A program made the translations under genes and the position numbers. 64,000 nucleotides of DNA from Entomortierella parvispora E1425 (lineage: Eukaryota > Fungi > Mortierellomycota), in the NCBI GenBank assembly GCA_020891255.1, contig BQFW01000003.1:1302001-1366000 (forward strand), given 5' to 3'. The notes under the pieces were generated by a model, which had not been told where the DNA came from, searched no databases, and saw only the letters and a program-made list of their open reading frames with translations. Positions 45,671 through 57,365 of the stretch are shown in pieces (position 1 is the first letter of the stretch; every line of letters starts with the position of its first letter).

Positions 45671-48600
45671 CTAAATCTGGCCCTTCAGTTCTTTCACTTC
45701 CTGCTCCAGTCTCTCACGAGCTTCGCGCTCATCCGACAACTCCTTCTTGACACGATCAAGCTCCTCTGTCATCCAGCGACGCAACTTTGCAATCTCCAAT
45801 TCCAAGGCCGCAGAGTTTCCTCCTGAAGCAGGAACACCTTGGAATTGTCCAAAACGGGAGCTCAGTGACTTGACACCACCCGGGGCTGGTGTCGTACCGG
45901 AAGGTGTGGCACCAGCTCCTGCAGTGGGTGAGGACTGTGTTGGGGGAGAGGAAGCAGAGTCACTGGTATTAGAATCCTGACGTCTTCCAGTGGGACGAAG
46001 GGCCACAGAGGCTGGCTGAGCACCCGCAAAAGGAGTAGGGAACTTTTGGAAGATGGGCTTCATGGGCTTGGGAGGAGGGGCTGCCCTCTCAACCACAGGT
46101 GCCACTTCAGGCTTCTTTTCTTCCACAATAGGAGCCTAATGAAAATAATATAGGGACAGGAATATGTGAGTTGGATGGTGTCGAGAAAATATCAAACTGA
46201 AAAACAAAAAAAAAGGTTCCTTACAGCCTTGACTTCAGCTTCCAATTGTGACACAAAGCTAGTGTTTTCCGCGTTGGGCAGAGGGGCAGATGGGGGTTTG
46301 CGACCCTTGGCCGGGCGGGGTCTGGAGGCATGGCTGAGTGTGGGTCCTGAACTCTCGATTTCGGGGAGCTTTGGCTTTTCGGGTTCCTTCTCCTCAACCA
46401 CGGGAGTCTCCTCCTCCTCTTCAGCAACAGGCTCGGCCTCATGTGTCTCTTCGTGACTCTCATGGACATGCTCCTCAAGGACAGCAGCGGGCTCGTGGAC
46501 AGCAGCAAGCTCGTGGACCTTCTCCTCGACAGACTCTGTATGAATTGCCTCTGGCGACTCGACATGCGCATGCTCTGCGTGCGTCTCTTCAGCGTGATGG
46601 GTTGCCTCCACTTCTGGCTCCTTATGTTCTGTGACTTCCTCAATTTCCTCAGCATGGTCTGGTTCGCTGGGGACAGAGGGCAGATGAGGAGCTGGTGAGG
46701 TCACGCCCACCATAGACTTGCGATTCTCAGTGATTTGGTGAATCGAAGGCGGTCTGGCCAACGATGGCAAGGGGCGGCGAGACACTGGTGCGGGCAAGAT
46801 GTAGGAACTGCGGTTGGGGTTGCTCACGGGTGCTTCATGTGCAGCCTCGGCTTCCACCTGTGGCTCGTCAGCTTCCTTCAGAGGCGCCTCAGGGATAGGC
46901 TTCTGAGGTCTGCGAAGAGTGCTGGAGCGGCTCAAGTCACCGGGGGCCTGAGTCTGAGTAGGCGAAGGTGTCTCGGTATTGTTGGGGAAAACGGCCACGG
47001 AAGCAAGGCGAGGGGATCCAGGGACATCGTGACTACTGGATCTGGATACCATGGACATGCGCTTGGGGGGAGGAGAGCCGGGCAATGGTGGTCCTTCATT
47101 CAATGGACGGTACTCATGCAGCTGAGCAGGGGCAGGTGAAGGTGAGGCAATCATGGATGGAGGACGAGATCCACGAGGAAATGTAGGCGGCGTGGCCAGA
47201 GGAGTGTCGCTGGTCCTTGACTTTGGAAGATCTGTATGAATTTGCTCAATAGGTGTCGATGGCAATGGTCCCGTATGACGGCTATGCGCAGGCGACTTTG
47301 GTGCCTCATCCTTGACAGTGGTGGCGGGTGCAGGTGCCGTGGCAATGGGTGCAGGAACAGCCGCAGCAATCTTGGGAGAGAGAACGGCCTCTTCCTTGAT
47401 TTCCTGAACAAAGTCGGAAGGGAAGTTTCCAACCTCACCCTGATCGTTCCTGCCGCACCACCAACCTTCGTCACCCATCCTGTCCGTGATAACCACTGTG
47501 GAGCCCTTCGTGAGAGAGATCTCGTCTAGAACCACAAGAAAGTCGTCTGTTAGTTTACTATTCCAAGAGGCAATAGAGCCTGAAAATATCCACCAACTTG
47601 ATCGACACCCCAATATCCTACCATCATCCTGGGCAGTGTACTCGTATACGACAAGGGCCTTCATCTGCTTGACTATTGATTCATAAAAATAAAACGGTCA
47701 GCCATCTCTGTGCTGCTATAGCCTTTGCTCGTTATAGTAATGCCGTACGTACCCTTAGGCTTCTTTGCGCGGCTAGGAACACGAGGCTCCATGGTCTCCG
47801 GGGCAACCGCAGGCGCTGGGGCGGCTGGTGTAGGATGGACAGGTGTAGGGTTGACGAGAGGCGCAATAACATCCTGAGCTACGGGAGGCGTAATCTTGGG
47901 GGGAGCAGCAGCAGCCACAGGCGATCGAGGCTCATCAATAGAGCTTCTCTTGGTGGGTTGGCCAGCGCCAATGTCGATTCCACCACCAACTTTCTTCAAT
48001 CCGCCTGTCTTTTTCAAGCCGGGGACGACACCACCTGCAAACAAAGATCCCAATCCTCCTTGCTTTACTCCGAATGCAGCCAGCTTGAACTTTGTGGGCT
48101 TCTCTCCTTCTGCATGCTCCTCCTTGTTTTCGAGCAACTTGACATACTATTGTTTGAAAAGAAAAAAGAGGAAAAGATGGATCTTAGTCTCAGCATCCCA
48201 ACTGCAGCGCCGTTCCTCCTTGACTAAATTTGCCTCACTTACGTTGCTAGGGAACGTGCCGACCTTTCCGTTCAAGTCTCCAGTCCACCATGCTGGGTCA
48301 CTCTGGTCCAGAATGGTGACAACGCGACCGGCCTCCAACGAAAGCTCGCCTGACTCCTTGGCCTCATAGTCATACTCCACGCGCGCAATAACTGGGCCTG
48401 ATGACATGAACCAAAAAAAATTCAGGGGTCAGGTTGGAAATCATGGACAACAAAAGAAACAGCCGTTGCATTGTCAAGAACGTTGTCGTGGTCCGTGATG
48501 GTGATAACAGCCTCCTCTCAATACCTTCGTGCTTGGGTGCTGCAGGAGCGGGTTCCACAGCAGCGGCAGCTTCAGCAGGCTCGTGGGGGGTGGCAGCCTC

Positions 48601-49205
48601 AACGGGCTCCTCCACCTCGGCCGCGGCGGGCACGGCGTTCTCATCATAGGGATCAACAAACTAGAAATGCACACAGAAAGAATGAAACAGAAATGACATG
48701 CATCCGTTGAATAGTTAGTCCTTGTCCATGGCCTTTGTTTTCCTCTGCTTTCGTTTGGCTGCCTTCCTTTTTCTCAACTCTCTTCATTTCTGCGACAATG
48801 ACGAGCTGGAGCGAATTGCAGGCAAGTCAATGAGCCAATGAGCTGGGGAGACTGAGAGAGGGTTGGGCCAGTGAGGGGCTCTCGCCTTATTCCTTTCTTT
48901 TTTTGTCTTCTTACGTTGGAGGGGAACCAACCGGCCTTGCCATTCTTGACTTGCTCCCCAACCCACCAGCCGGGGTCAGACATGTCCTGGACATTGATGA
49001 CATCGCCCACGTCGAGCGTCAACTCGTCGTCCTTCTCGGCGACGTAGACATGGTGCACGACGTACTTTGTCGAGCCTAGTGGACCAAAAAGAGTCGGTGA
49101 GCATGCATCTGGTGGGGTAAAGTGCAACGGTGAAGATGGAAGAAAAAAGAAGGGGCCTGCGTAAGGAATCCCTGCAGGTTGAATACAAAGACCGCACTTA
49201 CCCAT
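45671..49205 (-). CDS. Triple-SH3 adaptor with Pro-rich region, capping-protein interaction (CPI) motif and C-terminal coiled coil (CD2AP/CIN85-like); 4-nt first coding exon 49205-49202
   Basis: Three SH3 domains (YVAEKDDELTL..GWW..GWFPSN; YDYEAKESGELSL..AWW..GTFPSN; YEYTAQDDDEISL..GWW..GNFPSDFV). CPI-like LSHASRPRPAKGRKPPS and terminal helix LELEIAKLRRWMTEELDRVKKELSDEREARERLEQEVKELK. Confidence 0.85.
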
Positions 49206-49726
49206 GGTGAGAGAGGGAATGAGGGTGTGGGAGAGGAAGAGTGTGAGGGAGTGAAAGAGGGGTAGTCTGCAGACTTGTTCCTGTGCAGAGACGAGTGTCG
49301 GGCAGTGTGCTTGACAAAAGAGGGAAGGGCGTAATGGGCGAGTAATTGAATGAATAAAGAGTAAGAAAAGAGAGAAGGAAAGAAAAAGATGACCCTGAAG
49401 ACGTCAATGGTCATCCTCGCCCCGCCCATGTCCCACAAGTCACGTTTTTTATCTCATCTCCACATTCCTACAAGTTGTCCTAGTTGCGGCAACCACACCA
49501 AGACGGCATCCAGAGTTCATGCTCTTTACCTTCCCTTATCATCCACATGCTGCCTACATCCTCATTCCATTCCTGTCATCTTACTACCGCCCAAGACCTG
49601 TATGCCAGCGCGTGCAATTACAGAGGGTTTGGTGACACGCCGCGTTCAAATAGAGAACTACACATTTTATTAAAGATCAGCTGACGAGACCTTTTTTTTT
49701 TGTTGGGCGGAAGACTTTCAGTCCTC

Positions 49727-50981
49727 TTAGTCTGCGTGAAGTACGCGGAGTGTGTTCGTGTTGCCGAGTCCTCCCTTCCAGCCTTGAATCATGACCACAA
49801 CATCGCCCCTCTTCAGCAAACCGGCTTCAATGCCTTGCTCCATACCATATCGCAGACGAGCATCTATTTTTTTCAAATGAAAAATAGGAATGTGAGCCTA
49901 CAGCGCCTGCTTCGTCACGTCACGTCACGTCACAACGGTCCAGACACTTACCAACATCCTCCTGCCAATCGGTTCCACGCTCTTGACGGTAGTGGAAGGG
50001 GTAGCATCCGCGATGAAGATGCACCTGTCTTGCCGTGGACGCATTTCTAGTCAAGCAAATGATGGGGCATTCGGGTCGATACTTGCTCACCAGGCGAGCG
50101 GTCGTTCCACTGGTGGTCAAAACAATAATGGCTCCCGCCGCTTGTTCATGGGCCGCGGAAACTGCGGATGAGGCGACTGTTTCTGTCGTCTTGGTAGGTC
50201 TCGCAGTCAGATCACGAATCTCATTGAACAATGGTGGGTAGCAGATGGCCGACTCTGCTAACACACAGGTCTCGTGCATTGTCCTGACTGCCTCAAGAGG
50301 GTAAGAGCCCTTGGCGGTTTCTCCTGATAACATCACACAATCTGCGCCATCCAGAATCGCATTGGCCACGTCGGAAACCTCAGCGCGTGTAGGACGAGGG
50401 TTATACTAAGTAGGACGCAAGAGAATCCGTCAGTAAAACTACTCTGTTGATGTCAATAGTTTTTTTTTTGCCAATCGATCATAACTTACAGTCATCGACT
50501 CGAGCATCTGGGTGGCGCAAATGACGGGTTTGCCAGCAATGTTGCATTTTGCAATCATCATCTTCTGGGCCAAGAACACAGAGGAGCAAGGGATCTCGAT
50601 ACCAAGATCGCCTCTTGCAACCATCACGCCGTCTGTCTCTGCCAAAATATCATCAAAGTTTTGGACGCCCTACAGAGCAGTGTGCGAGATCAACCAAGTT
50701 AGTTGTCAATTGCCCTACGAAGCTAAAAAGAAACAGGGGGGACAATGATGTCGATTGCCGCATTCATCCTCTGTGGCGAGATTCGTGTTCTAGCCGCATT
50801 TAGGATAGAGCTTTGAGAGCACTTCTCACACGCCACACCCCCAACCATTGCATCCTCCCTGTTCCGCTGATCCATCGGGCTTTCCCTTCCCTCTGATACA
50901 TTCTTTTGCCCACGCTGCTGCACTGCACGTTCCTCCCCCTCCTTTCACTTTGTTATCTTTGCCCCATTTCTCTCTCGCTCT

Positions 50982-51015
<34 letters not shown>

Positions 51016-51962
51016 TGATGGTTTTCAATTTTGGCAATAATCTTGATGTGCTTTCCGGCCTCTCCAAGCACCCGGCGGATCTCTCGGATATCTTCGCCGC
51101 TTCGGATAAACGAGGCAAAAATCATGTCCACGTTCTGCTCCACGCCAAATCGCAAATCGAGCTTGTCCTTTTCTGAGAGCGCTGGCAGATCGACATTTGT
51201 CTTTGGCAAGTTCACTCCCTTCTTGGATGATAGCTTGCCGTTGTTCAGGGCCACGACTTTGAGTTCTTTCTCCCCCACCTCCAGCACCTTGAACGACATC
51301 ACACCGTCATCAATGTAGATGATCTTGCCCGGCTGCAGGACCTTGGTGATGTTTTTGTAGTCGAGGTAGAGCACCTGATCCGTGCTGGCCTCAGCGAATT
51401 TCTCGTCGGTCGTGAAGATCATCTGGTGACCCGCCTTGAAGGGAACATCAACACCTCCGGCCATTAGACCCGTTCGGATCTCGGGTCCTTTGGTATCCAG
51501 AGCAATTGCGACGGGTCTGCCTGGATCCTCAAGACAACTTTGGCGTGTGTTATCAATGACAGACTTGTGGTACTCATAACTACCATGACTGAAGTTCTAT
51601 TTCCGCCAGGATTCGAGACAGACAGATTGAGACGTTGTTATCGTTTAGTTCGCCATCGAGAGGAGATGGTATCGTTTGTACTGTTCTTCTTAATTGGCTC
51701 ACCATGCGAACAATGTTCATGCCGGCGCGTCGCAGGGCAGTGATCATGTCGACCTTGTTCGTGTTGGGACCTAGGTGGTGGGCAGATACTCCGATTTTAA
51801 TCAACGACCGCTGATGATGGTTCAGGATCGCGGAATCTTTTGAAGAAACTTACCGATGGTACAGATAATAGACGACTTGCGGACCGCATCTGGCTCGATG
51901 TCGATCGAGAGGTTGGAGACCCACTCGAGGTTGTTCTTGATGGCATCGTCATTGAGATTCAT
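49727..51962 (-). CDS. PYK1: Pyruvate kinase, multi-exon
   Basis: [117 protein letters not shown]. Confidence 0.97.
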
Positions 51963-52487
51963 TGTGGCAATGTAACGAGGTGGAATGTGAGTGATGCAGT
52001 GTTTGAGACAGAGAGAGGGAGACAGAATGAGAGAGTCAAGAGAAAAGGGCGTGGGAGTGGAGAGTGTGTATGTGTATGTGTAATAAGACGAAGAAAGCAG
52101 AGAAAGAAGAGAAGAAAGAGAAGAAAGAGAAGAAACAGAAGAAAGAGAAGAGAAAGAAAAGAAGCGGGAACACGCAGGGTGCAGGCAAGCACACAGGCAA
52201 AGCTCCACAGGCGGTGGCCCCTGCCCTCCACCTCGCTTCTTTCTGCTCTCAGCCTCCATCTGCTGCTGAAATTGAAATGCGCCTGCCCGCCCGTGCAACC
52301 GCGGCAGAATCACCCCGTCCATCCGCATTTTTCCTTGATCGCCCACGGCGTGTTCCTTTCGTTGCTCTTTGTTCATTGTTTTTATTACAAGGTCTGGTTA
52401 GACCTATCCGCATCTTGGTCTACTATTTTGCTGGACCCCTGCCGTCCCATCCGTCCGCTCGTCTTTTCCGCCTGTCCTTTCCTTCGT

Positions 52488-55400
52488 CTAATGGCTAAGG
52501 TTGTCCATGTCCTGGATCTCACGCGCGAGGCCATCGACAAACGACTGGTCCGTACACTTCATCTCGACTTCGATTGTCTTGGACACCTCACCCTCCTCTG
52601 CAGCCTTCATGACCTTGATTAAGCCTGCAACCTGGTAACCTTGCCAACTCTGACCAAAGAAACTAGCCGCTCCATCTACAACCTCAACCACATGTGTGTG
52701 GGTTACGTTCTTGGTAATTCTCTCCACCGCATCCCAGAAAGGTTCGTCCTGACCAGAGGTACCCGAGCTCAAATGCACCGTTGCTGACCCTGTGGCCGAG
52801 AATGAGTCGAGCTGCTCCGTCAAGATCTTTGAAAAGTCCGCTCCTGTCAATCGTGGGATCGCCAACATAAAGGTCGAGGGGGGAATGGCAAAGCTGAAAT
52901 CCTGAGACTGTTCATGACCTTCGAGACTATAAAACAAGGAGCCCATCACTCGGAGCTCGTACCGAACACGACCCAAGATCAAAAGGTCTAGGGAAAGGAA
53001 ACCCTTGCCCTGAGGCTCTATCGTCTCTGAAAGTGTGACGGACTCTTCTCCAGCATGGGAGCCGCCAAGACGAACGTCAAAAGAGTCTGCAAGCGCAAAA
53101 CGGACGGACGACACAGTTTGAGTCAAGTTTCGGTTATGAATCTTGAAAGTCACTGCCACAATAGGGTCGCTTCCTGCCTCTGCTCCTGGAGCTGTTGGCG
53201 AGTCGAGGCTGGACTGTGCCATGGCAATATCATAAGTCTAACAGGGGGTAAACATGGTCAGCTAGTGAGCATATTGCTTTAGAGGACTACAGAAAGGTGA
53301 CCAAGACAGATCAAAAACTTACCACCGCAATGTTGTCATCAAGAACCAACTCGACATCCGACCTTTCAGGGAATGTCACGATTACAGGAGCCTTGGGAGC
53401 CTTCTTTGAAGATTTGACTTTTTCCGTGCCTTTAGAGCTCTTCTTTGATTTCTTTGGGGCTGCCTCCACGACAGGCTTGGCTGCCTTTGTGCGCTCTGGC
53501 GAGGGCGATTTTGCTGGAATAGGTGCCTCAATTGCAATCAGGGGCTCCTCGGTCGCAATGGACTTCTTTGACTTTTTCTTCTTCTTCTCTCCAGACTCTG
53601 TCGTTGATTCCTTAGTGGACTTGCTCTTCTTGGACTCCGTTTTGCTCTTCTTTTGCTCCAAGGCGTCGATTCTACGACGCTGTGCGAGGTCATCTTCATA
53701 CTGGCGTACTTCCTCTGGCTTCATATAAGGCTTGGCACGTGGCAGTTGCTCATCCTCGCCCACTGGAACGGACAAATCGACGCTATGAAGAGCAGACATA
53801 TCCTGATCCAGGATACCTCGGCCGTTCTGCGCCTTTACGATTCCGTTCTTGCCTTCATCCTCACTAGCCGACAAAATCGCATCCTCAGGCATTTCCTCTG
53901 CTGCGAACTCAATGGGGAGTGGTGGGGGGGAACGAGAGCGCTCGCGTCTCTTGGACTTCTTCTTTCCAGATTTTTCTTTCTTTCGCATAACAATAGGCTT
54001 TTCGAAACCGTCCATGCTCAATTGAACAATAGGGATAGAGTCCACATCATCCAGATCATCCTTTTTGCTAGACTTGGGAGATGCTCCTCCAATATAGTAT
54101 GGATCATGCTTTTGTCTCTCCCGTCGCTCCGCCTTGCGCTATTGCAATCAAAGTCAAAATCAACGGTGAGCTTCTCCTTCAAAAAAGATATATAGAAAAG
54201 CGATTGAATTCTTACCTTAGCTCTGGCTTCAGCGCTTTCCTTGGAGTCATCCTGATCCTGTCCCTTCTTGCCCTTCTTTTTGGTCTTCTTGGATCCACTG
54301 TCCTGGCCATAGTTGCTACGCTCATTCAAGAAGTCGTCATCATCAGACGACTCTGGCTCCTTCTCAGGGATAGGCTCATGAATCCAAGTGTCGAGATCCA
54401 ACCCCTCAGGGACAGGCACCTTCTTTTGGGCTTTGGGCGCAACAGGGTTAAGCTCTTGGTTAAAGAACAGTGGGTACAGTGATCCAAGAATCGAAGGAGG
54501 CTTGGGCATCGTTGGTGCAAATGAGATAGAATTGACAATCTTGATAGGCGTAGTGGGGGCATGATCTGCAATGATATCCAAGATGACAGAGATGTTGGAG
54601 GCCTAAATGTAGCAATAAATGAGCGTGGAGATCAAGTCAGTTAACTACTCCCCGGCTGCGGCATTGATAGGTCGTAGACAAAAAGCATACCCTCTCCTGC
54701 ACTTCCAGGTCGGGGCTACGGCTATACGTTTCTTTGATACCGCCACGGAGGAGCTCGATCATCTCCACGAGAGACTGTCTGGCCTCCTCGTTCCAAGAGT
54801 ACTGAAGTCCGTTCATCCAGAAAGCGAAAATCTTCAACATGCTCTGCAAGTAAGTGGCTTGAATAGCGGGATCCAATCTGGCGACTGAATTTTGTGACAG
54901 CAACTCCAAGGCGCTCTCAGGAGATTCCAAAAGTGCACAGTATTCTCCTGTAAGCCAAGAGGCAGCCAAAAGAACCATCGAGTTAGAGTCCTCTGGGTTG
55001 GCTGGCTCAGTCAGTTTAGTGTCTGCCAGCAATCGCATCTATGAAATTGAGATTGTATGTTTAGATTACATCAAGATTAAATTGCCACTTTCAATTCTCA
55101 TTACTATCGAACGTACCATCAACTTCACAGTGTAGGATCGGACACTCTTAACGCGTACACCAACATCCATGAACTGCTGCATAAGGATCTCGCCCACATT
55201 CACGCCTGCCACGTTGGTGAGATCTGACAGGACGGCCAAATACCACTCAAAGTTGGTGATGTTGGCATACGAGTTTTGCGAGCAGATAAAAACGATCCTG
55301 CGAATGATGTCCGCCCTGTAGACTGGATCCATAAGTGCGGAAGAGGCAGTGTTGGCAACGATATCGGTTTCGTTCGGGGGCAAGAGATGTGAGATCAGTC

Positions 55401-57032
55401 GTTTCACAATTTCAGTCAAGTTCTTCTTGTTGGCCATGCCCACAATAAGGTCCAGTGTCCTCATGCGAATCGAAATATCGGGATCATCGATACACTTCAA
55501 AATAATATCCTTGTGTTCGGCAACCAGGTGAGGGTGAGTTGGCAGAATCTTTGTCAAAGCAAGAAGACCAATGTACTTCACTAGAGGTTATGAACGGAAG
55601 ATCGAGTTAGAATCCTGCAGCTACACTACAAGGCAAGCATACTCGGTTCTTTTCAAACTCACAGTTTTGGTCTGGATCCTCCAAGAAAGTTCTGAGTTTA
55701 GTAACGCAGGTGGCAGCCAAAGTGTTGGCGCTCTCTGCATTGCTTCCTGTGCCGGTGGTCGCCAACATTCCTCCTGCAATGACGGTGTGGATACATTCGT
55801 ACAGGAGCGACATGGCTGGAGTCGTTTGAATGAGCGTTGTGATAGGTGGCAGCAGCTTTTTCGTCAACCTAGGCTCGAAGGGTGTCAATGCGGCAAACTG
55901 AGCGCAACGAAAGGATATTAGTTTCCACCTACAGCATTGACAGTTTTCCATCCTGTTTTCTAAGAATATCCACATACAAGTTTGATAATCTTGATCAGCA
56001 TCCAGTTGTTGGACGAAGTGGTCAAGAGTTTGAACAACTGTGGGGCGAGCGAAAGATAGTTCTTTGGGTTTCTGCGCGCCAGCTCACAGATTACGTTCAC
56101 AGCCGCAGAGACGACAGCTAGATAAATTTACAGAAACGTGAGTGACATGCTCATAATACGTAAACGAGAGTCTGAATCATGACAAAGTTCTTAATGCTTA
56201 CAAGGATCTGGGTCCTCCAATCTGTCCTTCATGCGAGAGAAACTGAGTCGGAGACCCTCGGGGTATTTGAGAAAGACTTTGTACAGGACAAGAAGCACCT
56301 TCTTGCGAACAATGGGCCGAGAATGGTTCAGCATAGCCACCAAGTCGGCACACAGGTCTCTCGCCAGGTCTGGCGTAAGAATGTGTGACAATCCATTGAT
56401 AGCAATTCCAATCTCGCACGCATTAGATGAAGCAAGATCCTGAAAATGGTGTAGGGTTTGGAGTAAATAGTAGGGTCAGCATCTGTCGATCCAGCGAAAA
56501 TCATTCCTCCGAAGACACTAACGAAAAGAAAATAGCTGTCCAGCGTATTGTACCTTCTTGATAAGATTGGTGGTCAACATGAGCACGTCGGTTTCCTGGT
56601 TGAATGACTGAACTGCACCCAGGTATCCAATACCCTTGTAGAGGAACTTTGGCGAGGACATCACTTCAACAACGTGGAATGAAGCCCATGACATATCGTA
56701 TCCCATCATTTGAAGCTAAATATCCAGTATTAGAAAACAAGCGACAAAACGGGACGTCAGTAGCCGATACAGTGGATAAACTGTCCAGTCAAAAACGTAT
56801 CCTCTCCAGAAGATGTTGGCATTCGTCCACCCATGTACTCTCCACATACGTAGGTCAGCTTGGCGATGGCCTGGGCCTTCAAGTCGGGATCATTTCGACG
56901 CAATTCGAGACGAATGTCTGCAATCTCCTTTGCAATGTAGCCTTGCTCATTTTTCTTGTTCTGGCGGATGCCCCGAATTAGGTCTGTAAGCGAATGCGCA
57001 AACAGGCCGTTCATGTTCATGTTCATGTTCAT
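52488..57032 (-). CDS. APL5: AP-3 complex subunit delta, multi-exon
   Basis: SLTDLIRGIR, AIAKLTY, GYDMSWASFHVVEVMSSPK, IGYLGAVQSF..TDVLMLTTNLIKK, HSRPIVRKK, DPDQN..KYIGLLAL, PDLEVQER, ELNPVAPKAQKKVPVPEGLDLDTWI. Confidence 0.95.
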
Positions 57033-57365
57033 GTTCACTGGCACGGCCGAGATGAGATGTGGTCCTGGGAAAATGAGGCTTTTTGATGCAGCGCGAGCGT
57101 TGGTCCTGCAGACGGGTGGTCTATTTGACTGTCTCTCCGGAGCAAAGGCGGGGCGAGGGTCGAGGTCGAGGTTCTCTCGGAAGCGAAGAGAAGGAGGTTG
57201 AGAGGAGAGAAGGATGGAGCGGAAAGAGGCCACGATGAGCCAAGCAGCCGCACCTTGTGCTCATCCCCGCGGGCTGTGAGTGGGGAAGGGATCTTAAGGG
57301 GTCCGGATGCTTTTTTCGCGGTGTCGTCGTGTCCACATTTTTTTATTTTCTACGGGTCTTCACCT

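Noticed and set aside
42631-51962. GPD1 and pyruvate kinase as a metabolic cluster
   Set aside because: They are separated by an unrelated SH3 gene, and proximity of two housekeeping genes is expected by chance.
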